A stretch of DNA of 63,394 nucleotides, filler included, from Rhabdomonas costata (lineage: Eukaryota), in the NCBI GenBank assembly GCA_019059605.1. It is 25 parts of 25 records of this genome, joined end to end, with 100 filler letters (N's around TTAATTAATTAA, not from the genome) between each part and the next. Parts side by side here need not be neighbours in the genome. Positions count along the whole stretch, not along the records: positions 1 to 2,437 come from JAHMHO010003410.1; positions 2,538 to 4,975 come from JAHMHO010003411.1; positions 5,076 to 7,511 come from JAHMHO010003412.1; positions 7,612 to 10,048 come from JAHMHO010003413.1; positions 10,149 to 12,582 come from JAHMHO010003414.1; positions 12,683 to 15,119 come from JAHMHO010003415.1; 19 more parts are not named here. One strand, 5' to 3'. Below are positions 1 to 15,082 of the stretch, one piece after another (the first letter of the stretch is position 1; each line of letters starts with the position of its first letter). Position numbers and translations under genes: made by a program. Under the pieces are notes generated by a model. That model worked only from the letters and a program-made list of their open reading frames with translations. It had not been told where the DNA came from and made no database searches.

Positions 1-711
1 CAGTCCTCTTGGCCAAGTGCACAAAGTGTGTGTTTGTTTTGCATTTGTGCAATCCTTTTCATTCCATTTTTGCTTTGCTTTCAAAGAAGAATTGAGGGTT
101 CTGGAAACTGTGGAATTGCCTTTTCTTTTGCTCGGAAAGAGCAGGGTTAAGGCCGTTTGGGAGCGGTGGGGTTTGCAATTCCGAGCCTAATTATGGTCCT
201 TTGTAGCCGCAATATCTCAACGCCCTGAGGGTGATCATCAGTTAAGAAGCAAGGGTGATCGCTACCACCTCTGCCGCCCCCCCCCGCCTCCACGCTGGCG
301 CGGGGACGCGGTGAGCACTTCTTTGGGCGTTTTTTTAACCTTTGGTGTTTATTTCCTTTATCGCGGCAGGTCAGTTATGTTCCCAGTTCTCGGGGTGTCC
401 GGTGCCTGTACTTTACCCAAATGCCTCCAGGGTGTGCAAGCAGAATCCCTGCGCCGGGGTCGCGGAGTGCTGCGTTCCAGGTCTGCGTGCAGCGTGGGTC
501 GCACCAACCGTCATTTTGTGATGTGCAAATTTGATGTCACAAGTTGTTAGGTGCTATGATCAGAAGTTGGCGTGGCGCCAGTTGTGGTGGTGGGAACTGG
601 GCGAGCCCTTCTTCCCTCTGCCCTGTGTTTGCTGACCTTCCTGTTCCGCTGATCTCTCACACGCTCTTTATGGTTGCTGTTTATGGTGCTTCGGCTCCCT
701 GTTTATTGCAG

Positions 712-1831
712 TGTCGACCTGCGCGGTTGTGGTCTCGGGGCGATCCGGAGACTACGAGTACATCAACGGTGCATACCAAGTTGGCGGGGCTTTCCAGGGC
801 CGCCCATTTTACTACCGCAACGACAGCGCGATGGGCGATCTATTTCTGTACTACCTTCCCTCGCAAGGCTGGACGATCTCGCTGGCCCTGGGCACCGATC
901 TGTCGTGGGCATTCTGTTCGCAAGACGTCGCCACTCCGGAGCTGGCCACCATGTCGTGGACTGTGAACTTTGCGGTGGATTCTCTGTTGAGGATTTCCTG
1001 CGCCCCAGGTCTTGATGTGTGCTGTGGTTTTTGTTGCTGGTTTGCTGCTGTTTTCTTGCAGCTGCGTGCATTTTGTATCGGTACATCCGCAGTCCTCCCG
1101 CCCGCCCCGTATTTGTTGCCTAAAAAATTAAATTTGAACGTTGACCCTGTGCGCACTCATGCCGCGCGAGGTGTTTCCCTGCTCTCTGAGAAAGGTTTTG
1201 TAAGAAACATGGGTTTTCTGGTGAAAGAGGCCCTTTCTTGCCTTCCCTGGGACGGCTACGAAAAGGTATGTTTTCCCTTAGAAGTATGTGAACGGTGAAG
1301 GAAGGAAGGAAAGCTGTCTTGGTTGACCAGTGCGTTCTGACGGAAACCCAGGCGTCGTTTTTCCAGCTTGTTGTTTTGAAAGGCTGGCATGGTGTCATCC
1401 ATCAACGTATGTATTGCACAAGGTACCCCATTTCACCGGCCCCACTGTAAGATTTGTTTGACACAAAAATATTAATATTCTGTTTACGATGATCTCCTAT
1501 TGGTTTTCGCTTCTATTAGTCTCCGTGAACGCGACTTTTCTGAGTGGGCGAGTTGGGCTGTACTCTGAGATCAACGGGATCTACCGGCCCATCGGAACCT
1601 TTGGCGGTCGGCCCTACTACCTGAACAGTGACTCCACTTCCTCTCCACTATTGCTTTACTATTTGGGCGGCCAAGGCTGGACAATTGGCTGGAGTTTGGG
1701 CTCCTCCAGCTACCTCGCCGTGAACTCTGAAGACGTTGCCACCCCAGAGCTGGTCGCTCGGTCGTGGGCGGTATGGAATGGCACCGCTGCGGCCGCCGAC
1801 CCTTTGGTGAAGGCGCAGCCACCGTGTGCGG
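712..1831 (+). CDS. Partial gene for a probable extracellular protein with tandem ~100-aa repeated modules (two exons: 712-1008, 1520-1831)
   Basis: Both exons are bounded by AG/GT and translate to homologous peptides: SGRSGDYEYINGAYQVGGAFQGRPFYY..LFLYYLPSQGWTI..SQDVATPELATMSW and SGRVGLYSEINGIYRPIGTFGGRPYYL..LLLYYLGGQGWTI..SEDVATPELVARSW. Confidence 0.7.
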
Positions 1832-2437
1832 GTGTGAGGATCCTCCGAAGCCTTCACGCGCTCTCTGTATTCTCTTTGCTTGCGCGTGTCCTCCTTCTCT
1901 TTATTAGTGCTTGGGGGCTTTTAATCAAGGCGTTGGGTCAGTCATCGGGGTAACTGGCAATAACGGTGAGACCAGGGAAAATAGGGGTACCGGAATCTAA
2001 GGTCCCACTGTGGGTTGAAGACGGAGGAAGACCACGTACAACACCCGCAGCGGTGTTCAGAAGACGCAAATGCAACTTCGCAAACATCAAGGGACTCAAG
2101 AGGCACACGCAGGAAGCATGGTGCTCCTCTCACTTCTATGATTGAACCTGAACACAAACTCGTCCACAATTTTCTGAAGCATGGCAACCACAAAACAAGA
2201 TCGTCGTTCGAGGTGTCCCCTCCTTTCATTTGATTGAAATTACCGTCGCAGAGTGCCGCTTGGGCCTCAGCCAAGCACCTGAGAGCCCCGTGCGTAAAAA
2301 AAACTTGCCTTAACGCCCATGTGAGAGTTCCATCGATGGGGAGCGGAACTTGACCAGCACGTGGCTTGACACGTTATCTGTTTTTAGAGCCTAGTTTCTG
2401 TCACACACTCTCTCTATCTCGCACTCCCCCCAAAACA

Positions 2438-2537
2438 NNNNNNNNNNNNNNNNNNNNNNNNNNNNNNNNNNNNNNNNNNNNTTAATTAATTAANNNNNNN
2501 NNNNNNNNNNNNNNNNNNNNNNNNNNNNNNNNNNNNN
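2438..2537. other. Artificial contig-joining linker N44-TTAATTAATTAA-N44 (first of 24; last at 60860-60959)
   Basis: An identical 100-nt block recurs every ~2.53 kb. TTAATTAATTAA gives stops in all six frames. Confidence 0.99.
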
Positions 2538-3297
2538 GGGAGGGTTTGGGTCGGCGGTGCTGCAACCGCAGGTGTTCAGTCGATCGACGTCGAATCAAAC
2601 GGCATTGTCGCTATCGGGGTGCTTTGCATGAGGGATTGTGAACCAACAGTGTGGAGACAGGCAAAGCGTAAGTAAGCATCCGCTGCACCTGTGGGAGCCT
2701 GAAGGATAACTCTCACACATGAATTTTGATTAGTCCCTCTTCTGCGGGTTGCTGGATGGACGGTGAAATGTTAGTTGCAAAGAAACTGGCGGCTCTGTGG
2801 TGTTTCGCAAATTATTTGGATGGCAGGCCCTCCAACTGCAGTCGAAGGAGACTGGTGGGGCTGCGGGTGGAAACTACTTTTTAAACACTTTGAAACAAAT
2901 GAGAACGGAGAACGAGAAGGAAAACGGACGACACCAATAATGTAGGAAACGTACACGTCTCGCCGAAAGTAAGCGGACACACATACGGCTTGTTGCTCAG
3001 TCATCCGGTCGAGGGGTCTACTCCCATACTCAACGGACACGCTAAGCATGTCAAGCCTTACCACCAGCCCAGCGGCCCCTCACCTGTCGCCACACAGAGA
3101 TATATACCTCTGCACACCCCGCTCCATCCCCTTGTACCACCCGGCGTACAACGATCCTCCAAGCAGCACCTGTATCACCGCAAAAATCTCCCATTCTCTA
3201 CATATTCAATAATGCGGTGCCCAGGAAGGCCCCCCATAGATAGGGGAAGGAAAGGGGGTGGTGCAGGCTGGGCTTGGGCTTTTCCCTCGACACATAC

Positions 3298-4578
3298 TGC
3301 TGTGACTTATGATTCTACTGCCGCGGTCTGGGGCCACCCGGGCACTGTAGGCCAGCCCTCGAATGCGGCGGATTTTGCCCTGTTTTGCCGCACAAGAAAG
3401 AGAAGGCAGAATGTTCACACTGTAGAGGGCACAACCGAAGTTGGGGAGGCCTTTTTGTATACACCTGGGCTTCACGCTGCATTGACGGGTCCTTTCACGC
3501 CGATACCAACCCGTACCCCCTGGGGGTACAAAGTCGGAAAGGAACTCCGTACGAACCAAAAATGTCGCATGCTCGTCGGGGACACAACCTCATTTTAGTA
3601 CACATAAAGGTCGACGCTGAACCTTAGGGCGTACGGAACAGACAGTGGCAGTTCTGTTTCGCCGATGTAACCCCCAGAAGTTGAAGGGAAAAATGCACCA
3701 CGTTTATAATGTAACTGTTACCTTCCCCTCACTCCTCCCCGTGAAAAGGATATGTGATGTGTAGGCTCGGAAAGAATCAAGTCAATGTGGGGGCACACGT
3801 TGAACTACACTGATGAGACGTTATTTTGGCCATTCTTGTCCGACTTTGTTTCTTTCTCAAGCGGAAGGGAAGGAAGGTAAAAGCCAGGATGGTCAGGATG
3901 TGTGAGGGTCTCATCTCCCATGCCTGCTGCACCAGCTGCACCGGGGTGAGCTTGCGAAGGGTCTGGCACCGGAACAGCACAGAGCCCCCGCCCAGGGGAG
4001 TGCACCCTCGGCCCAGGACCCGCAGCGAGGCCTCCACCCCAAACCGCTTCAGCAGGGGGACGGTGACGGTGCGGAAAGCGTCCACCCCAAGGTCGGGCTC
4101 ACGGTTGGTCACTCCGGTCAGAGTGACCTACACGTGACATAGCATATGGGGAAGCGTAAGGCTCTGCAAAGTCAAGGACCGCAGCACACAGTCAGGGGAG
4201 GGATACAGAGATTCCACAATTGAAGGAGCTTCTCTCGAACTAGTGGGAATGCACAAGCAAACCGACACGGCATCGCAAGTGACCAATATGGACGAACAAT
4301 TGTTGACAAAAATTCTCTACAAAGCAACAATATAGTGCCACAAGGGGCCAAGGGAAACTGCTGCGGTGAGGCAACAAAAGGGGAGAGTTGGGGAGAGAGA
4401 AGAGAAGGAGGGTGGAAGCCCCCTGCCTCCTCTGGAGATGGACCTCCACGGGGCTCTTGCAGAACGGCGCCAGTAGAGCAAGAGGCTCCAGCCAGTACCC
4501 CAGCCCCCGCTCGAGGTTGCAGTCGTGGGTGAACGTCCCGCCAATCAGCGCCCCAGGGCTATACCGCACACAGGTGCC
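3298..4578 (-). CDS. RCL1: RNA 3'-terminal phosphate cyclase-like protein (18S rRNA processing), partial; exons 4578-4444, 4127-3924, 3379-3298
   Basis: The spliced peptide GTCVRYSPGALIGGTFTHDCNLERGLGYWLEPLALLAPFCKSPVE|VTLTGVTNREPDLGVDAFRTVTVPLLKRFG..GRGCTPLGGGSVLFRC..VQLVQQ|GKIRRIRGLAYSARVAP follows the Rcl1 motif order. Confidence 0.9.
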
Positions 4579-5176
4579 CTGCAAAAAAGGACGTGCCGGA
4601 ACACGAGCCCCGCTTTCCAGAACGGAGAGACAGAACCCGCCACCGCAGGATGGCAGGATACACGCGTGCAGGAATTTACATTCTTTCTCGAAACACAAGC
4701 ACAACTTCATAGGATAAAGCCTAAGCAGGCCCCGGGGTCTTTAGTATGAACAGCAGACCTCCCGGAACGCGGCATGGCCAGTCCTTGGAGCCAGGGTTTC
4801 CTCCAGGGTCTTCCGGGGTCTTCCAGGGCCTTCAGGGTTTTCCCCCACTGCCCCTTAAGGGCCCTTTCGGTTCTTATGATCCCTTTTGCACCGTTTCTGG
4901 CCCCAAACTGCGAAGGGTTTACCGACGTCATCCGCAATGTATCCAAAATTTTGGAGAATTTTGTAAAACAAAACANNNNNNNNNNNNNNNNNNNNNNNNN
5001 NNNNNNNNNNNNNNNNNNNTTAATTAATTAANNNNNNNNNNNNNNNNNNNNNNNNNNNNNNNNNNNNNNNNNNNNTTTTGTTTGTAGCGTAGCACTTTCG
5101 GCACCTTTTTGCTTTGGATTGGGTTTTGCTTTTTTCATGTGCGCTGTGGCTGAGGGTGAGCTGTTTTTTGTGCCAG

Positions 5177-6382
5177 ATTTTCGTCTCGTACTCCCCGGAT
5201 GACTTCATCCGCCGCTACAACGCTCTGCTCTCACCAACGACGCCCTGCGTGGCCATCACATTGGGGCTGCGGCAGGCCCTTCTGACCAATGACAGCGTTG
5301 CCCTGGAAGGCGCGCAGAGCACACTATGGTTTGGCAACATGACAGCGAAACTGGGGCTCATGAAGCAGGTCGACCTGCCTTGGGTTTCGTTGCTGCTGTG
5401 CAGCCTTGATGACTGGAACAAGTGGCACTATAATGAGCACACACTCCTCATTTACCCTTGGGGGTCATGGGCTGGTGGAAGTTGTTTCTGCCGGTTTTTT
5501 TTTGCCGGTTTTCTGCCGGTGTTGCACGTGGAGCTGATCCAGCAAATGCGGTAAATTCATTTATCGTTTGGGTTCAGAAAACATCGTATCAGCATCGTAT
5601 TTTTTCTCTTGAAAAAGATATCTTCTGGATCTTCAAAAAAAGGAATCGGTGATTTGGCTGCTAATTTTTTCACAATAAATTAACGGTCGCAGGCACACTC
5701 AGAGCAACGGGCATCAGTGGTGTCCTGAGCTGCGGACATTGCCTCAATCCCTCAGCAAAGGCAGAACGGGTTCTGGGTCAGGGCGGACGCCGACCCAGTG
5801 TGGTGGTGGTTATGGTGGTGGGTAGCAATAATGGCTCGAGAAACAGTTGAACGCTTTTACTTTTCGGGGTTTTAGTTTCAGACTTGAAAGGGAAGGGAGA
5901 CTCGAAAAGATTTGCTGGAGTGGAGACCCGCTGGGATTCGCTGATATCTGGCACCAACGCTAAGCGGTAAGTGGTATTTGGTGGTGCAGCGGAAGAGATT
6001 TTTATGGTGTGCTCGTGGTTGTGCCTTATGCAGATGCAGGTCTACGCCACCAGTCGCATACGGGCCGCTTCGGGAAACACGGTGCAGCAGGCTGTCGTGG
6101 TGTGTTGGCCGTTGAATGTGTTGATTGTTGACTGTGGAATGAAACGGAAAAACGGAATTGGAACCAAAAAGTATCGAATTGCAACCGAAATCGATTCGAG
6201 GGAATTTATTTCAATAAAATTGAATTAAATGGAGTTTTCATGGAATACAAAAAGGTCCCATGGAAAATGCCAATGCCGGCAATTGTCGCGATACTGCATC
6301 CCCACTCAAACTTCAGGTGGTGGGAATCTTTGCGGGGTTGTTTGGCGTCCTGCTGCTCTTCCTGGCGCAGCTCGCGATGTGG
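5177..6382 (+). CDS. Partial membrane protein with a NIT-like sensor segment and a TM helix (candidate exons 5177-5368, ~6040-6090, 6317-6382)
   Basis: The exon peptide ends ..STLWFGNMTAKLGLMKQ|V, resembling the NIT-domain C-terminal 'WF..MT.RI..LK.VE'. A downstream exon encodes the hydrophobic VVGIFAGLFGVLLLFLAQLAMW. Internal exon structure is uncertain. Confidence 0.4.
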
Positions 6383-7811
6383 GTAACTGCAGGAGATAAA
6401 GCGGATGGAACAGGTGTGTGTGTGTGGGGGGGGAACGTCAGTCGACCATCAGTAGCATTCTTTCCTGCAGTTATGGCAGGGCTGCAGTGAGCTGAGAACT
6501 TTTAACGTTTTATTTCGGATTGAACGTTGAACATTATATTAGGGAAAAGGCGCGCTTCGGCCGCGGTTGCGGCTGGAGTGGGGATCTGTGAATGGTCCGC
6601 TCCGGTCCGGGAGTGACGGAGTTCCGGAGGCCGGCTGAAGAAGCAAGATATGCCCACCTGGTACAACCCCAGAACAGTGTTTACACAGGCTTGGAGGGAC
6701 CTTTTGTTTTTGCGCTTGCTTGCGACAGCATGCCCCGAAATCCCTTGGACTGCAAGGGCGCCATATAAGGGTATTCTCTTGAGTGGCCTCCTTACAGACA
6801 CACACTTCTCCTTATAGTCCACCCAAACCTTTGTTTTTGCTTTATTTCTGCTTTGCTTGCTCCCGCCTCGGAGGCTCGAACAGAGCACTATGTGCCCTGC
6901 GGGTCCTTCACACTAGCAGATCGGGCGTGGCGCTCCGCATCCCAGTTGCTGACCCAACGAGCAACAAAACTCCCACTCGGAAGGAGAACCTCTAAATATA
7001 CACTCCTTCGAGCAGAACCAGGACATGGGTCTTACACATCCATTGCCAAGTTTTTTCACATTTACTGCGCGCCGCACGAGTTTTGACTGGACACACACTG
7101 GCCGCGTGGCCTGTTTGTTCGTTTCTTGTTGTTTGCTGTTTGTTATGCTGGTGCACTGCTCACTGAGCCTGTGTGACGCAGCGCATTTTTCACCTTAACT
7201 TTCTTTTCCACAAAATAGCAGCAGTGTACATGTATGTGAGGGTCATCTTCTGCCTGGTTCCTATCCTCATTTCTTTTCCTTTTCCCAACCAACACCCATT
7301 GCGACCAGGAATAGCACAATTTCTGCTGCTGTGGCACTTTCTCAAAAGAATCCGGAGTGAGAGAAAGGAGTTCAGAGAAGAATGAGCCGCAAACCCGCCC
7401 CCTGTCTTTGCCTCCTATGGAGGAGGCCTCGCCGCACAGTGCCAGCCGGCGCTCCAGCCGGGTTCCATCGGGGTCCCCAGGGCAGGCCTCCAGGTAACGG
7501 CCCAAAACCCCNNNNNNNNNNNNNNNNNNNNNNNNNNNNNNNNNNNNNNNNNNNNTTAATTAATTAANNNNNNNNNNNNNNNNNNNNNNNNNNNNNNNNN
7601 NNNNNNNNNNNCACACTTCAGCGTGTGCCAAGAAGCCATACCCAATACCAAAGGGTAAGAGAGGAATTTCTGTACTAAGGAGGGTTACCCCCTCCCACCC
7701 AAACCAACGGTAAAACCAACACGCCTATGTGTGATGCTTCGGAGAGCCTATAGTTAAGCCACTCATCATCCCCAAGCACAAGTCTTCCTTCCTCTTCGAG
7801 TCTGCCCGCAC

Positions 7812-9705
7812 CTCCGCCTCGTCCTGCAGACGGTCCATCACGGCGTCCAGAGCACCCGCCGCGGCGCGAACTCGCTCCGCACTGTGCCCACTGAGTCGTC
7901 TCAGGGGACTGTTCCGGTGCTAGGAAAAGGGGGGCGGGGTGCAGTAACAAGGAAGAAAGGATTCTGCATCGCTAGTCTGACTGCCAGACTTCAAAAAAAG
8001 TTGTCTGCGGTGCCCCCGTCAAAAAAGAATGATCTGCGGATAAGTTTCCAAAAACACACACATGCATACAAACAGCAGCACCCATGTGCACACCTCCATT
8101 TCAGCGCAGGACCCCGAGCCTGCGTTTGGGGAGAGGTGCCCTGCAATGGCACCGCTGACAAGGTCCGTCGCTGTGAAGGGAAGGGGACAGGGCATCTCGT
8201 ACATGACTGCCGCGAACTCCATCACAAAGGCGCGCACCCCTTGGTTTTCCTTTCAGCCGTTGCCTGAAGCTGGGACCTATCGCCCGGCTATTCATAGTTG
8301 CCTAGAACCAGGCCTCACCGCTTCCGAGGAAACGGGAAATGGGCTTATGAGCCAAACGCACCCACGTTCGCTTTTCTTCACCACATGTCATGCAGACAGT
8401 GTCATGATTTTGGGCAAATGTTTCAACGACGTCATTGCAAAGAAAGGAGAGACACCCTCCCTCCGCCCCACCAAAAGGTTCATATCGGCTTCGGTGCGAC
8501 ATCATGCTCTTTCAATTATGGATTTGGGGGACGTCACATTTTTCCTATCTCTATATGGGGAAGGGGGGGGGGATCGCTTTGGCAGCAATAGCATAATCAC
8601 ATCGGTGTGCGGAATACCGAGGGAGCCGCTCTCCAGCTCTTGCACCTTGTCCTCCAGCTCCCGGTTGCGCTCCATGCACGTTGAGTATTTGGCCTGTGGC
8701 GCACAAAGCATGAAAAGTTTCCACAACTGCGCGTCACACGCGCCCAAACGCCACTGTGAGACTACTCGCGGGAGCAACTTTCCGCTCGAACAGAAGCGTC
8801 CGCTGATTGCGTCACCATGTCACGGTTGGCCACCAAACACAAAACCCAAGGCCCAAAGGGTCATGGAGGGGAGGGGGTGACGATTAATAATTCATTCATA
8901 TTTCTGATGCCAATGTGATCTATTTCCATTCCCCGCACCTTAGGATTTTATACAACAACCCAGATCATTATTCTGTCCGTGTTGGCACCGCAAGAGAAAC
9001 AGATCCTCAGGATATTTCACCAAACCGGAAGTTCGTTTCCATTTTCAAATGCAAACCACAACGGCCTGGCCAAAAAACGGCAGACGCCACCTCACGACAC
9101 GCAAGGTTTATTCTTGCAGACCCTCCTCGGGATGAGAACCAGTGCATGGAACGGGTGTATCCACATCCGCAAGAGTCAGCATCAGAGACCGTAAGAGTGG
9201 CAAGCTGGATTCTTAGCTCATGGACTTGCAGCGCCAGAGCGGCTCCCTCGGCACCCCCAAAAGCCGGAGAACCCTCCGGCGAGGCCTTCAGGGAGCCGGC
9301 GAGAGCTGCGGCCTGCTCGGTTTGCGTACCCTGCGAGGGGGAGCCTGGGGTGGTGCCCTGCTGCCTTGGCAGGCTGAAACACACATAGACAAAAGGGTGA
9401 AGCAGAGGAATGAGAGATGCACGGGAAACGACTGAGGGCCAGAAATGGCTCCTGTCTTTCAGAGGCACAAATGAGCAAGAGAAGGAAAAAAGCAACTGGC
9501 AACTGGCGAGCAAAAAGGGATACAGAGAGATCTGGAAGCGAGGGGGATCAAGCCACAAAAACGAAAAGGGCAACAAGTCACTCCTACCCACAGCCCAAAG
9601 TGGCTTGCACACCTCAAGCTGACTTTCTTGTCCAGCTGCCGGACCTCCTCCTTGAGGCGGTTGAGTTCCCCCGCAGAGTCCTTCAGCGCCATGAGAAGCC
9701 GGTTA
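7812..9705 (-). CDS. Partial multi-exon coiled-coil hypothetical protein (exons include 9705-9613, from 9373, 8693-8618)
   Basis: GC-rich AG/GT-bounded blocks encode heptad-rich peptides: LLMALKDSAGELNRLKEEVRQLDKK, ALQVHELRIQLATL and MERNRELEDKVQELES. Confidence 0.4.
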
Positions 9706-10810
9706 CTGCAGGGTTTGGTATTTGGGGAAACGGCACCGCTCTGGTTCGGGAAGGCGTGCATTCTTGAGCACACGAGCCCCTCCCACATATCGCAGAACTG
9801 TGAAACTCGATCAGAATCAAACGAGCATCACAATGATACTTTCTCACCCGTTCTTGCAGACCGAATCAAAACAAGGGGAACGATTACAGTCACCAGAACT
9901 CTTCCCATCGAATGTGCATCCACTGTACAGCACATAAATATATTGTCGGCACGCATGATCACACCGGTCGGTGAAAATCTTCTTCTTCTCTTCCTCCTGG
10001 TCCACGTTGAGCTTTCCTGTGTTCGTGTGTTCTCCTCTCGGCCTATTGNNNNNNNNNNNNNNNNNNNNNNNNNNNNNNNNNNNNNNNNNNNNTTAATTAA
10101 TTAANNNNNNNNNNNNNNNNNNNNNNNNNNNNNNNNNNNNNNNNNNNNCCTCATCCGCTGAACCATCCACCAGGTTTTGAACAGCGGTTAATGAATAACT
10201 CTGCGTTTCGGCCTATAACTCGCCCCCACACACATGCTTCGCCTAGGCTCTTGGTCTCGCAGGGGGGTAGGATCCGATGCACGACTCTTCGCGAGATATT
10301 ACCAGGACGTCCGTTCGAGGCCCACGAACCCAGGTTTTCTTCTCAAGACACTGAGGAGAGGGTCCTGACTCGAGTTATATGGGGATGGGGGAGTAAGTCT
10401 CGAGACACAAGAGGGAGAGTATGTCTCGAGACCTTTCTGACGGATAAAGAGCCCCATTACAAGCTGGCAGAGTGTTGACGTGGTAGAGTAAATTAGTAGA
10501 GTAGTGTGTACGACGGGTATGACTCAAAATCTAAACACAGTGAAAAAAATCATCAATCGTGAGAAAAAATGGAGAAAGCCCCACCTAAATTTCCGCGACC
10601 TCAGTGAGTCGCTTGTGAGCTTCAAGATGGAAACGTGCGCACGTGAGAACTGAACAAGCCGCCGAACAGCTTTGGGTTCCCAGATTCCCCTAGCATTGGT
10701 GCACAGGATTCCAATGCAATGTGCAAAAGTTATATATGCAAAAAGTCAAACCTTGGAGACCACCACGTGCTCTGGCGGATGGTAATCATCTGCTTGAATT
10801 TCCTGATGAA

Positions 10811-10900
10811 AATGCAATGCAATGCAATGCAATGCAATGCAATGCAATGCAATGCAATGCAATGCAATGCAATACAATACAATACAATGCAATACAATAC
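10811..10900. repeat. Pentanucleotide microsatellite (AATGC)n grading into (AATAC)n
   Basis: Read directly; 18 five-nt units. Confidence 0.97.
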
Positions 10901-11208
10901 GGAGCCCAGAGAACTAATGAGCAAGAATCAGAAAAATGTTCATTGCCCTCCCCCTTCCCCTTGGAGGCATCTTCCTCCAAAAAGTTGCCTGCAGGGTCTT
11001 CTTTTCTGGAGCTTTACACATGCGGTTGCATACAGATTTGTTTGTTCTGCAATTTGTTGTTTTCTTCATGAATCACTTTTCTCGATCCCGTGCTTCGCTA
11101 CTGTGCATTTTCTTTTGGTTTGCGCTGCTGCTGATCTGACATTATTGACTAGCGTGCCCCCGTGTCTACCAGCTGCTCAATGCACAGCCACCCAAAACCC
11201 CAAAGGAA

Positions 11209-12315
11209 CCTTGTCAACTCGGGGGAGTCCCTGAAGGCCGCGTTGCTTCTGTTCCAGAAGAGCGACCCGACATTCCAGCTCCTCTACGATCAGTCTAACC
11301 AAAGCAAACCGCTGGAGGTGAAACGCCCAGAGTCGGAAAGATGAGAGAAGCCGCTCGGAGAACCAACCACGAAGCCAAAACAAGCGCAGACAAACAAACT
11401 ACTCAGCAGAGCTCCGCGGAGCAAACCAATGGTGCAACTTGAATTTCAGATGAACACGGTTTTCGCGGTGATGTCGCGCCGAGGAATGGGAAGACCCACG
11501 CTGTCAAACTATCCTGTTGTCAGGCATGGCATTGCGAGAGATAGCTTCATGCGAACACAAGCAACAAGCAATTATACCAGGGATTTCGGGGGGGGGGGGC
11601 ACAGCACCCAGAAAAGGTATTGAAAACAACAAGCAACGGAGTGACATCATTTGGATTCCAGGCAGGTGATGCTACAGGCAAAAGCTACGTCCCCCCCCTT
11701 TTCTTGGCACTGTCATGGTCCGCCTTGAAAACTTACTCGGATTGCGGATTGCGTCCTTTAAAACGTCAAGCACAAGGGGGAGAAACCACAACGTGACAGG
11801 AGAATGAGATGAAACCTGTGCAGCTGCTTCGCTTCCGCCATTTGGTTGGACAAGGTCTCCGCCAAGGCTTTCTCTTCCACCCAAAGTTTACTGCCTCCGT
11901 CCGCACCACCGTCACACTGCACGACGCATGTGGCTAGCAAAGCATCAATGGAGTGTTACGAGATGACACAGCACTGCGCTTTGGTTCCACTGGATATTCA
12001 AGCTCGCTCCGTTCCTAGCCCTCTCGATGCGGACTCGGTTTAACTTCAGTAAACAAGATTCTGATCACCCTGTGCAAAAAAAAGTACCAACGAGAGAAAC
12101 ATAGCATCATCCACAATTATAGATGTTAATCCCAGATATCCTATCTCAGTTAGGGCGAGAAAAACATCAGAAACAAGCAAATAAAAAGGACCTGAACTGC
12201 AGCGTCAGCACGGAGAGGTTGCCGTTGCTGCTGCTGTTGCAACTCCGCGGCATGGCCAGCCTGACGCTTGAGCTCCGCGGAAAGCTGTTCCAGCTCATGC
12301 TCCAAAACACTCTGA
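11209..12315 (-). CDS. Partial multi-exon coiled-coil hypothetical protein
   Basis: Short exon-like blocks encode SVLEHELEQLSAELKRQAGHAAELQQQQQRQPLRADAAVQ|, EEKALAETLSNQMAEAKQLHR and LIVEELECRVALLEQKQRGLQGLPRVDK|, each followed by a GT donor. Confidence 0.4.
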
Positions 12316-12887
12316 AAGGGCGATAACCAGAAAGGAGTACTCGGAAACTCTCTAGATTCGCCTGGAACACCTCCAGCACCGGTGTACACTGTGCGCAATC
12401 ACCCAGAAGGCGCAGGCGACTGTGTCGGGAAGAGTTCATGTGGACCGTCGCCCGTGCGCTGGCTAAATCTTACAGTGGAACTGATGACTTGCTACCACAG
12501 AGTCCTGGGGGGATAGTCTTTCCTCACCAGTCAAATGCTATTTATCGGATGGGGGGAACTGAATATCTTCATTCGGCACAACNNNNNNNNNNNNNNNNNN
12601 NNNNNNNNNNNNNNNNNNNNNNNNNNTTAATTAATTAANNNNNNNNNNNNNNNNNNNNNNNNNNNNNNNNNNNNNNNNNNNNAACATCAAGCCAAAGTTG
12701 GGGGGGCGTGCTTTTCCACATTTTTTTAAGATGGTTTTCCAGTTACAATTGCAGGGTATAAGGGGTAAGACGGTAAGACAGCAAGCTTTTTGATTTGCGA
12801 CACGACAGCTAGAATGATCCTCTGTGCGCCTCTGTGCTTCATTTGTTTGCTCGTCATGATTGCCCCAGTTGTTCTTTGCTTATTTAG

Positions 12888-15082
<2,195 letters not shown>

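Noticed and set aside
10719-11234. ORFs with MQCNA / LHCIA repeats
   Set aside because: These are translations of the (AATGC)n microsatellite.
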